From an uncultured bacterium (GTDB taxonomy: Bacteria > Patescibacteriota > Dojkabacteria > J137), in assembly GCA_963700155.1 (NCBI GenBank), contig OY969472.1, positions 381,511 to 445,510 on the forward strand: a stretch of DNA of 64,000 nt. Direction: 5' to 3'. Positions within the stretch are counted from its first letter, which is position 1. Each line of letters opens with the position of its first letter. The notes beneath the pieces were generated by a model. The model did no database searches. It saw only the letters and a program-made list of their open reading frames with translations, and was not told the origin of the DNA. Below, piece by piece: positions 39,519 through 49,375 of this stretch. The position numbers were made by a program, and so were the translations under genes.

Positions 39519-40739
39519 TTAAAAAGACCATTCTGTATTCATTTTTATCTTACCTTCAAGATTAACAAGCTCATTTGTTGGCTTTATAATAAATTCTTTT
39601 CCACCTGCATCAATCAAAAGAGTATTGATATCAGTCATCCACCTAAAAGCAATTTTATAACGTCCAGGTAGCAAGGGGTTACTTTTAACTTTAACAGTAA
39701 ACTCATTTTCTCCTTTTTTTATGTTATAAGTATTACTTGCGAGTTCCTTGACTGATTTAATTGAGCTAATTGTTCCATTGTCTCCATCTAAAATGATGAA
39801 TCCTACTACTGGATTTTTAAAGTCCTCTTTTGAGTTAAAACGGAAATGAAAGGTAATATCTTCTCCATTAACAAACTCATTAGTTATTTTTTTATCATTA
39901 TTTTTGAAGTCAACTTTAACATTATTAATATCTCCGGTTGAACCATAGATAGTTAGATGATTCCTGTCATTTACTTTTCTTAATAAAACCATCTCATTAT
40001 ATTTTCTTATACATTCAACAGTATTCCCATAATAAACAACCTTACCTTTATCCATGAACATACATTTATCGCAAATTCGCTCTATTTGTCCCATATTATG
40101 AGAAATAAAGATTATCGAACTTTGATTTTTTATTTCATTCATCCTATCCATACATTTTTTTCGGAAATCAATATCTCCAACTGAAAGAACTTCATCTACA
40201 AGTAAAATTTCTGGTACTCTATGCACTGCAATTGCAAATCCTAATCTTACTTTCATTCCAGAAGAATAAGTAGCAACAGGAGCATCTAGGAACTCACCTA
40301 TCTCAGCAAATTTTACAATATCATCAAATTTATCATCTAACTCTTTTTTAGTCATCCCCAAAATAGTTCCATTTAAATATATATTTTCCCTACCTGTCAT
40401 ATATGGATGGAAACCAGCCCCAACTGCAATTAATGGACCAACATCACCTTTAAGAGTAATTTTACCGTTATCTGGTGGGAAGATTCCCGAAAGGATTCTC
40501 AATAATGTAGATTTACCCGACCCGTTTAGCCCTATTACCCCTAAAATCTCTTTCCTTTTTAACTCAAAACTTATATTTTCAAGTGCCCAAAATTCACCTT
40601 TCCTTAAAATTGTTTGATCTGCAGGTAAACCAACAAAGTTTTTTAGCATGTCCATTGTCCCATATGCTAAACTTCTCTTTAAACTTCTACAAAAATTTTT
40701 ATATACCCCTTCTACTTTTATTACTGTATCTTCATCCAT
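39519..40739 (-). CDS. Polysaccharide/teichoic-acid export ABC transporter ATP-binding protein (Wzt/TagH-like) with a ~150-aa C-terminal extension
   Basis: Walker A GLNGSGKST; signature YSSGMKVRL; Walker B LLVDE. Confidence 0.85.
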   Translation of the reverse strand: MDEDTVIKVEGVYKNFCRSLKRSLAYGTMDMLKNFVGLPADQTILRKGEFWALENISFELKRKEILGVIGLNGSGKSTLLRILSGIFPPDNGKITLKGDVGPLIAVGAGFHPYMTGRENIYLNGTILGMTKKELDDKFDDIVKFAEIGEFLDAPVATYSSGMKVRLGFAIAVHRVPEILLVDEVLSVGDIDFRKKCMDRMNEIKNQSSIIFISHNMGQIERICDKCMFMDKGKVVYYGNTVECIRKYNEMVLLRKVNDRNHLTIYGSTGDINNVKVDFKNNDKKITNEFVNGEDITFHFRFNSKEDFKNPVVGFIILDGDNGTISSIKSVKELASNTYNIKKGENEFTVKVKSNPLLPGRYKIAFRWMTDINTLLIDAGGKEFIIKPTNELVNLEGKIKMNTEWSF

Positions 40740-40755
40740 AAAATTGAATTTAAAA

Positions 40756-41610
40756 CTAAATCATCCTTTCAATAACTTCATCTTCGGAGACATAAAATAA
40801 TCGCCAGGCAAATAGGAAAAAAATAAATGATATTACAGCAAAGAAAATATACCTATCAAAATAATCAATTCTTCCATAAATAATCAAATCTCTTGCTCCA
40901 CCTACAAGATAAGTTAATGGATTAATCTGTATAAGAGCTTGAAGTAAATTGCTTTGGACATTCGGCGAATATATAACTGGTGTTATATAAATTACCAAAC
41001 CTAATAGAACGCTAAATGTTTTATTTACATCTGATGCAACTACATTCACTACACTCATTATTAACCCTAGCCCTGAACCAATAAAAAATAATGGTAAAGA
41101 TGCTAGAGGAAATAAAATTATCTTCCAATCAGGGAAAATTCCATATATAAGTAATACTATAATATTAAGGGCAAAATTAATTAAGAATCCGGCTATTTGT
41201 TGTGCTGTCTGTTTTGCCAACAACGCCTCATGTGGGTATTTAACTTGGGATATAAAACCTGCTCCGGCATCTAAGGTCCCTTGAGCAGATGCGTAAAATC
41301 CCATAAAAAGCCCCCAAATTGATGAACTTAAAAGAACATATGCTGGATATGGTATACCTGTATCTCCTGGATTTAGAATACCTGTAGAATTCAGAACAAC
41401 CCAAGATGCAATGCCGACTATTGGAGAAATAAGAATCCATCCCATTCCTATAAATGATTTTTTATATTGCATTAAAAAATCTCTACGGAATAATTGATAA
41501 ATTAATTCTCGAGATCTAAATATGTTTTTAATCATTACGCCCCATGTTTTAAATAAACCTGTCTTTAATCTTTGGTTAGGTTCATAAACAGTTATTTCTT
41601 CATTGTTCAT
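40756..41610 (-). CDS. ABC-2 type permease (Wzm/TagG-like)
   Basis: 6 TM; operon partner of Wzt. Confidence 0.8.
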   Translation of the reverse strand: MNNEEITVYEPNQRLKTGLFKTWGVMIKNIFRSRELIYQLFRRDFLMQYKKSFIGMGWILISPIVGIASWVVLNSTGILNPGDTGIPYPAYVLLSSSIWGLFMGFYASAQGTLDAGAGFISQVKYPHEALLAKQTAQQIAGFLINFALNIIVLLIYGIFPDWKIILFPLASLPLFFIGSGLGLIMSVVNVVASDVNKTFSVLLGLVIYITPVIYSPNVQSNLLQALIQINPLTYLVGGARDLIIYGRIDYFDRYIFFAVISFIFFLFAWRLFYVSEDEVIERMI

Positions 41611-41768
41611 ATTTTTGTCTTAAAATTCACATTATTATATCACTCAAAGTATAATTCCCTCTTAATAATAAGTAAATTTGAGTTATAAATATACCATAGT
41701 TTTATTAAATTTTTATTATTAAACAATTTAAAGTAAAATGCTTATTAATTCAATTTTAATCAATATAT

Positions 41769-42611
41769 ATGAGTCCAAATCATAAAGAAATCCGGAAAAA
41801 TATAAAAAAAATAATTAAATACAGAGAATATACAGATGATGATCTTGTTATTATTCCTGATATTGTTGGAAGAAATATTTTCAGATTAGATCATTTACAA
41901 AAGTTAGCTAAAGAGAAAAACTTAAATATAATAGATTGTGGTGCTCATATTGGAGTTTTCTCGTTATTAGCAAGCTACTATTTTCCAAAATATAAAATTC
42001 ATGCATTCGAACCGAATCCTGATAGTTTTAAATACCTAAAAGAGAACGCTGAAAAAAGGAAAAATATTATTATTTATAACAAAGCAGTTGGATATAAAGA
42101 TTCAACTATGAAATTATACCAACCTAAAGATTCTGCTAGAAACGGGAGCTGGACAGTTATCCCTCAAGGAGCAAGACATATAATTGGGAAAAAATCTATC
42201 GAAGTGGATGTAATAAATTTATATAATTTTATTGAAAAGTTAAATGAGCCAGTTTTTATATTAAAGCTTGATTTAGAAGGTTTTGAAGCAGAAATTATTA
42301 ATAGATTTCCAACAAAATTATTAAAAAAGATTAAAATTATCTTACTAGAAGAGCATGAAATCCCAATTATCCATGATATTTTAAAAAAGAATAAATTTGT
42401 AGTAGCCTTCAACCCTTCAAACTCACAAAGACAATTCGTTTATGTAAACACTGATAATAATCAGAATACTCTGTTTGAATGTTTTGAAATGTATAAAATA
42501 ATAACTAGAGAAAATTACAGAGAAAAATATAAAGAACTTGAAGCTGAGCTAAAAAAATATAAATTTCAAAAATCTGTTATTCTTAAATTTACTAGTAAAT
42601 TTCTAAAATAA
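41769..42611 (+). CDS. FkbM-family methyltransferase
   Basis: IIDCGAHIGVFSL...IHAFEPNPDSF. Confidence 0.75.
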   Translation: MSPNHKEIRKNIKKIIKYREYTDDDLVIIPDIVGRNIFRLDHLQKLAKEKNLNIIDCGAHIGVFSLLASYYFPKYKIHAFEPNPDSFKYLKENAEKRKNIIIYNKAVGYKDSTMKLYQPKDSARNGSWTVIPQGARHIIGKKSIEVDVINLYNFIEKLNEPVFILKLDLEGFEAEIINRFPTKLLKKIKIILLEEHEIPIIHDILKKNKFVVAFNPSNSQRQFVYVNTDNNQNTLFECFEMYKIITRENYREKYKELEAELKKYKFQKSVILKFTSKFLK

Positions 42612-43417
42612 TGAAAATCAACATTGTTACTGAGAAAGCTCCTGGCTGGGTATTAAGATGGATTGCAGAAAGCTATGCTAAATATATTCCTGGTTGTGTT
42701 GTAAATACTGAGGTAGATAAGACTGCTGATATAAATTTTTATATAAATTATGATATATTTCAGCAAAAAAGTGGAACAATAGACGTAGGTTACTTCACTC
42801 ATAAAGAAAGAGTATATGAAGATAAGGCATATGAAGGTCTTTCCGATAAAGAAAAAGAGTTTATGAGAAATAACGCTTTTGTACGTGGTAAACATTTCGA
42901 AGAAGTAGCCAATGAGGTTGATTGGTGTATTGCTATGAATGAAAGATTGCTAGATGATTTACCTCGTGAAAAGAGTACAGTTAATTTAATACCTCCTGAC
43001 CCACAATTCATGAAAGGTGATATTGTAATCGGATGGGTTGGAAGAACAAGCAAAACTGGACGTAAAAGAATAAATTGGATGGAAGATTTACATTCGATTG
43101 AAGGAATAAAAATAAAAGCAACTGAAGGTAAATATGATTGGAAAGAATTACCCGAATTCTATAAATCAATTGATTATCTACTAATTTATAGTGAAAATGA
43201 AGGAGGTCCTCTACCTCTCGTAGAAGCATTGGCAATGGGAGTACCAGTAATAAGCAATAATGTTGGTTTTGTACCTAAATATACTACTCTGCGCTTTAAT
43301 ACACTGGAAGAATTAAAACAGTTGCTCTCAGGATTAGTAATAAAGAAAGATGCCTGGGAGAAATCTTCAAAGGATCTCTATAATGTTTTCTTAAATTTAT
43401 ACAATTCTAGAAAGTAG
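42611..43417 (+). CDS. Glycosyltransferase (GT-B C-terminal-like)
   Basis: SENEGGPLPLVEALAMGVPVIS. Confidence 0.55.
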   Translation: MKINIVTEKAPGWVLRWIAESYAKYIPGCVVNTEVDKTADINFYINYDIFQQKSGTIDVGYFTHKERVYEDKAYEGLSDKEKEFMRNNAFVRGKHFEEVANEVDWCIAMNERLLDDLPREKSTVNLIPPDPQFMKGDIVIGWVGRTSKTGRKRINWMEDLHSIEGIKIKATEGKYDWKELPEFYKSIDYLLIYSENEGGPLPLVEALAMGVPVISNNVGFVPKYTTLRFNTLEELKQLLSGLVIKKDAWEKSSKDLYNVFLNLYNSRK

Positions 43418-43502
43418 TATAAAACTATTTTTTACTCTTTTTTGTAAGAACTTTGTAAGAAGTGACTTTTATATTGTAATTATTATTTATTATTAATTAC
43501 AT

Positions 43503-44228
43503 ATGAGAAGTCAAATTATCGCAATATTCTTAGTGAGTACATTCATAATACTCGCTAGTACCCAATTAGTAAGTGCTGCAACATCAAGCATTACAATGAA
43601 CCCTAATACTGAAGTCTTTTTCCAAGATAACGGACAAATAAGGAGTGCTGATGATAATCATAGAATATTATTCAGAAGGACAGAAAATATACTAGAACTT
43701 AGGGAGTATGGTGATATTTTGTTAAGACCTGGATCAACATCTAGTAGTCAAGCAAGTGTAACTGCATCTAATTACTACAATAATGATGTAGGTGCATATC
43801 AAATTGCAACATTCAAGAAAGATGATGGAAGAGCTCTAAGTATTTTAGGTCGACCAGGTGCTTTCCTGTTTAATACCAATGATAGATACATTTTCTATAC
43901 CGATAATGGGAAAAAAGATTTAGAGATAAACGATAAAGGAATAATTACTAAACAGGTAACTGTTCAAAGTGATTGGGCAGATTATGTCTTTGATAATAAT
44001 TACAATTTAATGAATCTTTCTGATCTTGATACTTATATTTCTCAAAACAAACATCTTCCTGATATTCCTGATGTATCTTCAATTGAGAATGATGGATTAA
44101 AACTTGGTGAAATGCAGAAATTACAGATGGAGAAGATTGAAGAACTAACACTTTACATTATTCAAATGAATAAACGAGTAGATGCTTTGGAAAAAGAAAA
44201 TGGTGAATTAAGAGCATTATTAAATTAA
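43503..44228 (+). CDS. Secreted tail-fibre-domain protein (C-terminal endosialidase-chaperone / Peptidase_S74-like coiled-coil)
   Basis: Signal peptide; C-terminus NKHLPDIPDVSSIENDGLKLGEMQKLQMEKIEELTLYIIQMNKRVDALEKEN matches the ...NKHLP.IPS...KIEELTLYVI... tail of tail-fibre-domain proteins (from memory). Confidence 0.5.
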   Translation: MRSQIIAIFLVSTFIILASTQLVSAATSSITMNPNTEVFFQDNGQIRSADDNHRILFRRTENILELREYGDILLRPGSTSSSQASVTASNYYNNDVGAYQIATFKKDDGRALSILGRPGAFLFNTNDRYIFYTDNGKKDLEINDKGIITKQVTVQSDWADYVFDNNYNLMNLSDLDTYISQNKHLPDIPDVSSIENDGLKLGEMQKLQMEKIEELTLYIIQMNKRVDALEKENGELRALLN

Positions 44229-44247
44229 TTTATTTTATTTACTTAAT

Positions 44248-45021
44248 ATGAGAAATCTTAAAATATCTAAAGTTTTAAAAGTAATATTAGTAATAACTGG
44301 ATTTGCTCTATCTATAATTCTCTTACAAGATTACCAACTTAATCCTGTACTAGCTGAGAAGAATCCCTCCAGTTATCCTATTATTAAAAACTTATCAAAA
44401 AAGGAACTTTTGCAAAAATCAATATGGGACGGGAAAAGTGATACTGAGCTAGGTTTTGATTTTAAATATCCTAATTCATTAAGTACAAATAGATACAATA
44501 GAAAGATTGGGAATGAGTCAATAAATAATATTACATCCATATCAAATAATGAAGAAATTAATACTGAAGAAGATTTAGTAAATATTGAAATAATTCCTAT
44601 TAAAACTTTTAAAAAGTCTACTGCATTAGAAACACTTGAGTCTTATATAGTTAGTTATGTAGGAATAATTGAAAAGAATAATCAAAAGACATTTCAACAG
44701 AATGATTTTGATATAGCTCAGATTGGATACAATCCTTTTGCGGATGATGGAGAAAATTATTTTAGAGTATATACATTACTACAAAAAGGTAACCGTGCAT
44801 GGATTATTACAATAGGATATTTCACAGATTATGATCAATCTGATTCTTTAAATATGACACATGATTATAAAGCTACTTTATATCAAAATATTATTGATAA
44901 CTTTCAATCAGAAAGTAAATATAAAGATTCAGAGTTAAATGTTCTGGATATTTCTAAAGTAGATAAGAATTGGATTAAAGAGTACCACAAAAATAATTCT
45001 AAATTTATTACAAACATTTAA
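44248..45021 (+). CDS. Hypothetical membrane-anchored/secreted protein
   Basis: N-terminal TM or signal peptide. Confidence 0.4.
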   Translation: MRNLKISKVLKVILVITGFALSIILLQDYQLNPVLAEKNPSSYPIIKNLSKKELLQKSIWDGKSDTELGFDFKYPNSLSTNRYNRKIGNESINNITSISNNEEINTEEDLVNIEIIPIKTFKKSTALETLESYIVSYVGIIEKNNQKTFQQNDFDIAQIGYNPFADDGENYFRVYTLLQKGNRAWIITIGYFTDYDQSDSLNMTHDYKATLYQNIIDNFQSESKYKDSELNVLDISKVDKNWIKEYHKNNSKFITNI

Positions 45022-45022
45022 A

Positions 45023-45685
45023 ATGAAAAAACTTAGCTTATTAATTATTTTTAGTGTCGCATTACTATTCCCTATTGTGGTAAAGGCGGAAACTTTTACT
45101 TGGCCTTCAGATGGTTATTTAGGGTGGAGATATTACCAAAATACTAATGGACAAGAAGGTATTAATGGCACATATCATACTGGAATAGATATATGGTCAA
45201 ATGCAGATGGAGGTTGGAATAATGATGTAGTGGGAAGTAGCAATCCGGTCTATCCAGCTTACCAAGGTTCAGTAGTATATGTGGACAGTTTAGGAATAAT
45301 CATTAAGCATAGCAATAGTCTTTATACAAAATACTGGCATATAAGGAACAGAAAAGTTTCGGTAAATAACAGTGTAAATACTATCTCAATTTTAGGTTAT
45401 CAAGATTATGCTAGCGCTGTTCATGTTCATGTCACCGTGGCTTCAAGTGCTAGTGGTGGAGATGCAAGTAATACCCTGGATCCATCTGATTACTTCGGTG
45501 TAGAACTAGATGTTCGTAAATCCAATGTGGCACCTTGGGGATATCATGTTACACATGGTTGTGGCGGATCAGAGGTAACAATAAGTAATCAAGATATTTC
45601 AAATTTGAATTGTTCAGCAAATAATTCAATTAAGATTTATCCTAATGTAAAAATCTATCCCAATAGTCGTTTTTTTATTCAATAA
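45023..45685 (+). CDS. Secreted M23-family (LytM-like) peptidase
   Basis: Signal peptide; HTGIDI (HxxxD) and HVHV (HxH) motifs. Confidence 0.6.
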   Translation: MKKLSLLIIFSVALLFPIVVKAETFTWPSDGYLGWRYYQNTNGQEGINGTYHTGIDIWSNADGGWNNDVVGSSNPVYPAYQGSVVYVDSLGIIIKHSNSLYTKYWHIRNRKVSVNNSVNTISILGYQDYASAVHVHVTVASSASGGDASNTLDPSDYFGVELDVRKSNVAPWGYHVTHGCGGSEVTISNQDISNLNCSANNSIKIYPNVKIYPNSRFFIQ

Positions 45686-45701
45686 ATATTAAAATAAAAA
45701 T

Positions 45702-46457
45702 ATGAAAAAGAAATATATTATATTAATTACAATAGCTATAGTTCTATTAATTTCTGTTTTTATTATAATTTACTTACTCGTTAAAAATAAGCAAATTAGT
45801 AATAATGATCAAACAGATTTTAATTCTCAGACCACTGTTTCTTATCCTTCAAACGAAAATTCAGGTTTAAGTTTTAGAGAAATAGATAATAAAGACATAG
45901 AATTCACATTAAATCAAACAACCGTAGCGAGTCCTTTAAAAGGTGAAACTGAAGATTTTACCTTTCAATCCGAGCTTAATCAGAATCCGATAGAACTCGC
46001 TCAAATAGGAAATCAAGGAGTTGTGATTTCAAGTGAAAATATTAATATAATAATCTATCTTAAAGCTGAATCTTTCGGTGGTATATATAATGCCATGATA
46101 AGTGAACAAAGTATTCCTAACCATCTTAATATTTCTGAATTATCAAGAGTAGAAAATAAATCAGTGGATTTTGCTAAAGAAGAATTTAGTATTTATGGAC
46201 TTTCCGGTAAAAAATATTACTTTTATACTGATACAAAAACTGGTGATGCTCAATGCGCACAAGTAACTAAAGATCAATTTTGTGGAGAAGCACATATAAC
46301 AATTAAAGGTACCAATGGGCAAGGAATCGATGCCACAACAATAATTTATTGTTCTGTGAATAATGAACAAGATGTAAAATATTGCGATGAATTTGTTTCG
46401 AATCTAAAAGTTAAATCTGAAAATTTAAAAATATATCCTGTAAGTTATTTTAGATGA
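45702..46457 (+). CDS. Hypothetical membrane-anchored protein
   Basis: N-terminal TM. Confidence 0.4.
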   Translation: MKKKYIILITIAIVLLISVFIIIYLLVKNKQISNNDQTDFNSQTTVSYPSNENSGLSFREIDNKDIEFTLNQTTVASPLKGETEDFTFQSELNQNPIELAQIGNQGVVISSENINIIIYLKAESFGGIYNAMISEQSIPNHLNISELSRVENKSVDFAKEEFSIYGLSGKKYYFYTDTKTGDAQCAQVTKDQFCGEAHITIKGTNGQGIDATTIIYCSVNNEQDVKYCDEFVSNLKVKSENLKIYPVSYFR

Positions 46458-46466
46458 TTTAAGATA

Positions 46467-47396
46467 CTAAAGTTCAATATCTTTAAAAGTCTCTTTTATA
46501 TCATCAACAATTTTTAGTGCTTGGTTCATTGCATAATTGGAAGAATTTATTGTTTTTCTTGTACAACTTTCAGCATCATTAACTGGATTACTTATACACT
46601 GCTTAACCACAGCATCATCTTCACTAGATAAGATATCTTTTGCTTTTATATCTCTCATAAATAAATATAAATCTTGCCCTTTGACTACAAATATATAAAC
46701 TCCAATTGGATAGTTCTCAAGCGAATACTCTACACCAGTGCCTCCAAATCCTAAAGCCATTTTTGCTTTATCAGCTCCAGAGAAAGTAATCTCAGGATAA
46801 CTTATTTCATCTGTATAGTCAGGATTGAATTCTTTTTGATTACACAAATTATTTGGGAAACTTAAGAATAAAGAATCAAAATAACCAGAATCAAAATCAC
46901 TAATTAATGATTCACCAAATGCACTTCTTGTAGTTTGATTGTTTGCTTTCGAAATGTAGTAATTATCATAAGACTTTACAATCTGATCATCTTGAATAAA
47001 ATCTATTCTACAGCTATCAGTAAATTGTATCTTTCTGACATATAATTTGTTTCCCAAACTCAAAATATTTATTTTTGCATAGGAGACAGGATAAGATAAA
47101 GTAGAAAATCTTGATAACACTTCATCACTTATGAGTTTACTATTATAAGAAACAACATCACTATTATTTTCATTTGTAATAGAGGTATATTTAGGAGTTA
47201 ATTCATTTATTATAACTAGTCCTCCTAATAATATTAATATTAGAAAAATAATAACGAATAAATATTTTCTTTTCTTAAAAAAACTGATTAATTTAATATC
47301 TTTTCTTGTCATTTTATCTGTATTAATATCTCCCTCTTCAGGTTTTATATCTGTTTGGTTCATACTATTGGGTAATAAATTTACCGAATTGTACAA
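46467..47396 (-). CDS. Hypothetical membrane-anchored protein
   Basis: ORF track; one TM. Confidence 0.4.
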   Translation of the reverse strand: MYNSVNLLPNSMNQTDIKPEEGDINTDKMTRKDIKLISFFKKRKYLFVIIFLILILLGGLVIINELTPKYTSITNENNSDVVSYNSKLISDEVLSRFSTLSYPVSYAKINILSLGNKLYVRKIQFTDSCRIDFIQDDQIVKSYDNYYISKANNQTTRSAFGESLISDFDSGYFDSLFLSFPNNLCNQKEFNPDYTDEISYPEITFSGADKAKMALGFGGTGVEYSLENYPIGVYIFVVKGQDLYLFMRDIKAKDILSSEDDAVVKQCISNPVNDAESCTRKTINSSNYAMNQALKIVDDIKETFKDIEL

Positions 47397-47442
47397 TAAT
47401 TTTATTAAAAAGTCTTTGTTTTAGAATACAAATTTATACAAA

Positions 47443-47476
47443 AAGGGCAGTCCCGAGAATCGGGACCGCCCTTTCA
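47443..47476 (-). terminator. Rho-independent terminator after the LiaF-like gene
   Basis: AAAGGGCGGTCCCGA-ttct-CGGGACTGCCCTTT followed by TTTGTAT on the minus strand. Confidence 0.7.
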
Positions 47477-47492
47477 AATATCTATATTCCAA

Positions 47493-48617
47493 TTAGTTTA
47501 TTGCCATGCTTCCAGAACTTATTGTAACAACAACTTTTACAGTCTTCGAGGCTGTATCAAAATTGTCACTTTTGAAAATTCCATTCCTATTCAATGAATT
47601 TCCTCTAACTATAAGACTTCCACTGCTAACTGTATAATCAACTTCAACACCAACAGTGCTAGGTAATTCAACCTGCATACTTCCAGAACTTAACTTCAAC
47701 GTAAAATCTCCAGATGGTAATGAATCCTCTCCTAAAACTACTTTTAATGATCCTGATGAAACATTACTCTCCAAATTATTTACCATAGCACTATCTAAAT
47801 TTACTTCACCTGAACCAGATGCTACATCAACAGTAACATCACTTGGAATTTCTGGTTTTCCTATTGTTAAATCATATTGTTTTTTTCCGATAGTGAATAT
47901 ATTAAAGTTAGTATTATCTTTTGTAGAAAAGTTAATATTTAACTTTGAATTATTAGCTGAGCTTTCTAAAACTGGGACTCCATAGTTCTGAAAATAGATG
48001 CTGTTAGCTTCAAAATAATTGACTGAACTACTGTCATTTAATGAAAAAGAACCACTGCCAATTGTTACAGAAACATCTCTACTCTGAATATTCTGATAAT
48101 CATCTTCTGTTATCACATCATCTTTAGTCAATGCATTTGAATTTAAATTAATATTCAAAGAATTCTCCAAATTATTTAACCAATCCCAATTTAAATTCCA
48201 GCTTGGACTCGTTCCGTTAACCGAAATCAAGGCTGAAAAGAAAATAACGCTTCCACATAATAAAAGTGTTACCAATCCAATCAATAATGCAGATATTCTT
48301 GACCTGCCTAAAATAATCTGCAATCCAATAAGAACTAAGAACAATGGCCAGAATCTCCAAACATTAGTCCAAATGTCCCATGGAAGTATTCCTAAATTAT
48401 TTAGAAGGAATACTACACCAACCATAATTAGAATAATCGCCCATACTATTGATCCATAAGGATTATGCTCATGCCTCCATTCATGTCTTTCTTCACGCCT
48501 TCTTCGTCTCTCTTCTCGTCTTTCATCCCTCCAACTTTTTTTATTTTCTACTGAGTCTGGAGACTTTGCCTCAGTCTGGCTGTTTTCCTGGCTGCCATCA
48601 CCATTTGTATTACTCAT
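47493..48617 (-). CDS. LiaF-like / toastrack (DUF4097-like) membrane protein with an Arg/Glu-rich N-terminus
   Basis: N-terminal RREERRRRREERHEWRHEH, 4 TM, and a beta-rich SGS repeat C-domain. Confidence 0.5.
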   Translation of the reverse strand: MSNTNGDGSQENSQTEAKSPDSVENKKSWRDERREERRRRREERHEWRHEHNPYGSIVWAIILIMVGVVFLLNNLGILPWDIWTNVWRFWPLFLVLIGLQIILGRSRISALLIGLVTLLLCGSVIFFSALISVNGTSPSWNLNWDWLNNLENSLNINLNSNALTKDDVITEDDYQNIQSRDVSVTIGSGSFSLNDSSSVNYFEANSIYFQNYGVPVLESSANNSKLNINFSTKDNTNFNIFTIGKKQYDLTIGKPEIPSDVTVDVASGSGEVNLDSAMVNNLESNVSSGSLKVVLGEDSLPSGDFTLKLSSGSMQVELPSTVGVEVDYTVSSGSLIVRGNSLNRNGIFKSDNFDTASKTVKVVVTISSGSMAIN

Positions 48618-49069
48618 CTTTTAAATTTAAAAATTAATATAAAACCGATGACTACTAAAACTAATGGCCATAATTTCCATATATCAAATAAAGGGAAAAA
48701 ACCAAAATTAGTTGATAAAAAACATACCCCTATTAAAGCTATAAATACTCCTATAATAATTCTTCCATTCTCATGATCAACAGAATGAGAAATATCTTTA
48801 GCAAATGTTTCAGCTTTATCTTTAAGTTCATCAGAATTCTTTCGAATATACTCCTCTGAACTGAGGTTTTCTTTTATACTAGATTCTGTAGGAATTAATA
48901 CCCACATTATGATATACGCAACTATTCCACTACCTCCGAAGAGAAAGATTACAATGAAAATAAGTCTTATTAATACTGGATCAACGTCAAAATATTCACC
49001 TAAACCACCACATACTCCGGCAATTACTCTATCTCTTTCAGATCTGTATAACCTTCTTGGCTCATTCAT
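48614..49069 (-). CDS. pspC: PspC-domain protein
   Basis: RLYRSERDRVIAGVCGGLGEYFDVDPVLIRLIFIV. Confidence 0.8.
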   Translation of the reverse strand: MNEPRRLYRSERDRVIAGVCGGLGEYFDVDPVLIRLIFIVIFLFGGSGIVAYIIMWVLIPTESSIKENLSSEEYIRKNSDELKDKAETFAKDISHSVDHENGRIIIGVFIALIGVCFLSTNFGFFPLFDIWKLWPLVLVVIGFILIFKFKR

Positions 49070-49165
49070 ATCAAATTTAAAATAATATTTTATACAATAA
49101 ATTTACCTCGAGAACGGAAGAAATGCAAGATACTAAAACGGGAATCTGTAGATATATGAGGAGAT

Positions 49166-49237
49166 TGGACTTAGCCGGGGTCGAACCGGCCTCTTTCGAA
49201 TGCGAATCGAATGCTCTGCCAGATAAGCTATAAGCCC
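49166..49237 (-). tRNA. tRNA-Ala (anticodon CGC)
   Basis: Cloverleaf folded by hand: acceptor GGGCTTA/TAAGTCC with G3:U70, discriminator A73, anticodon loop TTCGCAT, T-loop TTCGACC. No CCA encoded. Confidence 0.8.
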
Positions 49238-49290
49238 AACAGGAGTAAGTATTTGTTTACTCCGAACAGATCAAATGTTGATATCTTTAT

Positions 49291-49372
49291 TGCCGACGAC
49301 AGGAGTCGAACCTGCACAAGCAAGCTTACACGCTCCTGAAGCGTGCGCGTATTCCAGTTCCGCCACGTCGGC
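49291..49372 (-). tRNA. tRNA-Leu (anticodon CAG), class II with a long variable arm
   Basis: Acceptor GCCGACG/CGTCGGC; anticodon loop TTCAGGA; 14-nt variable arm; T-loop TTCGACT. Confidence 0.8.
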
Positions 49373-49375
49373 TAT

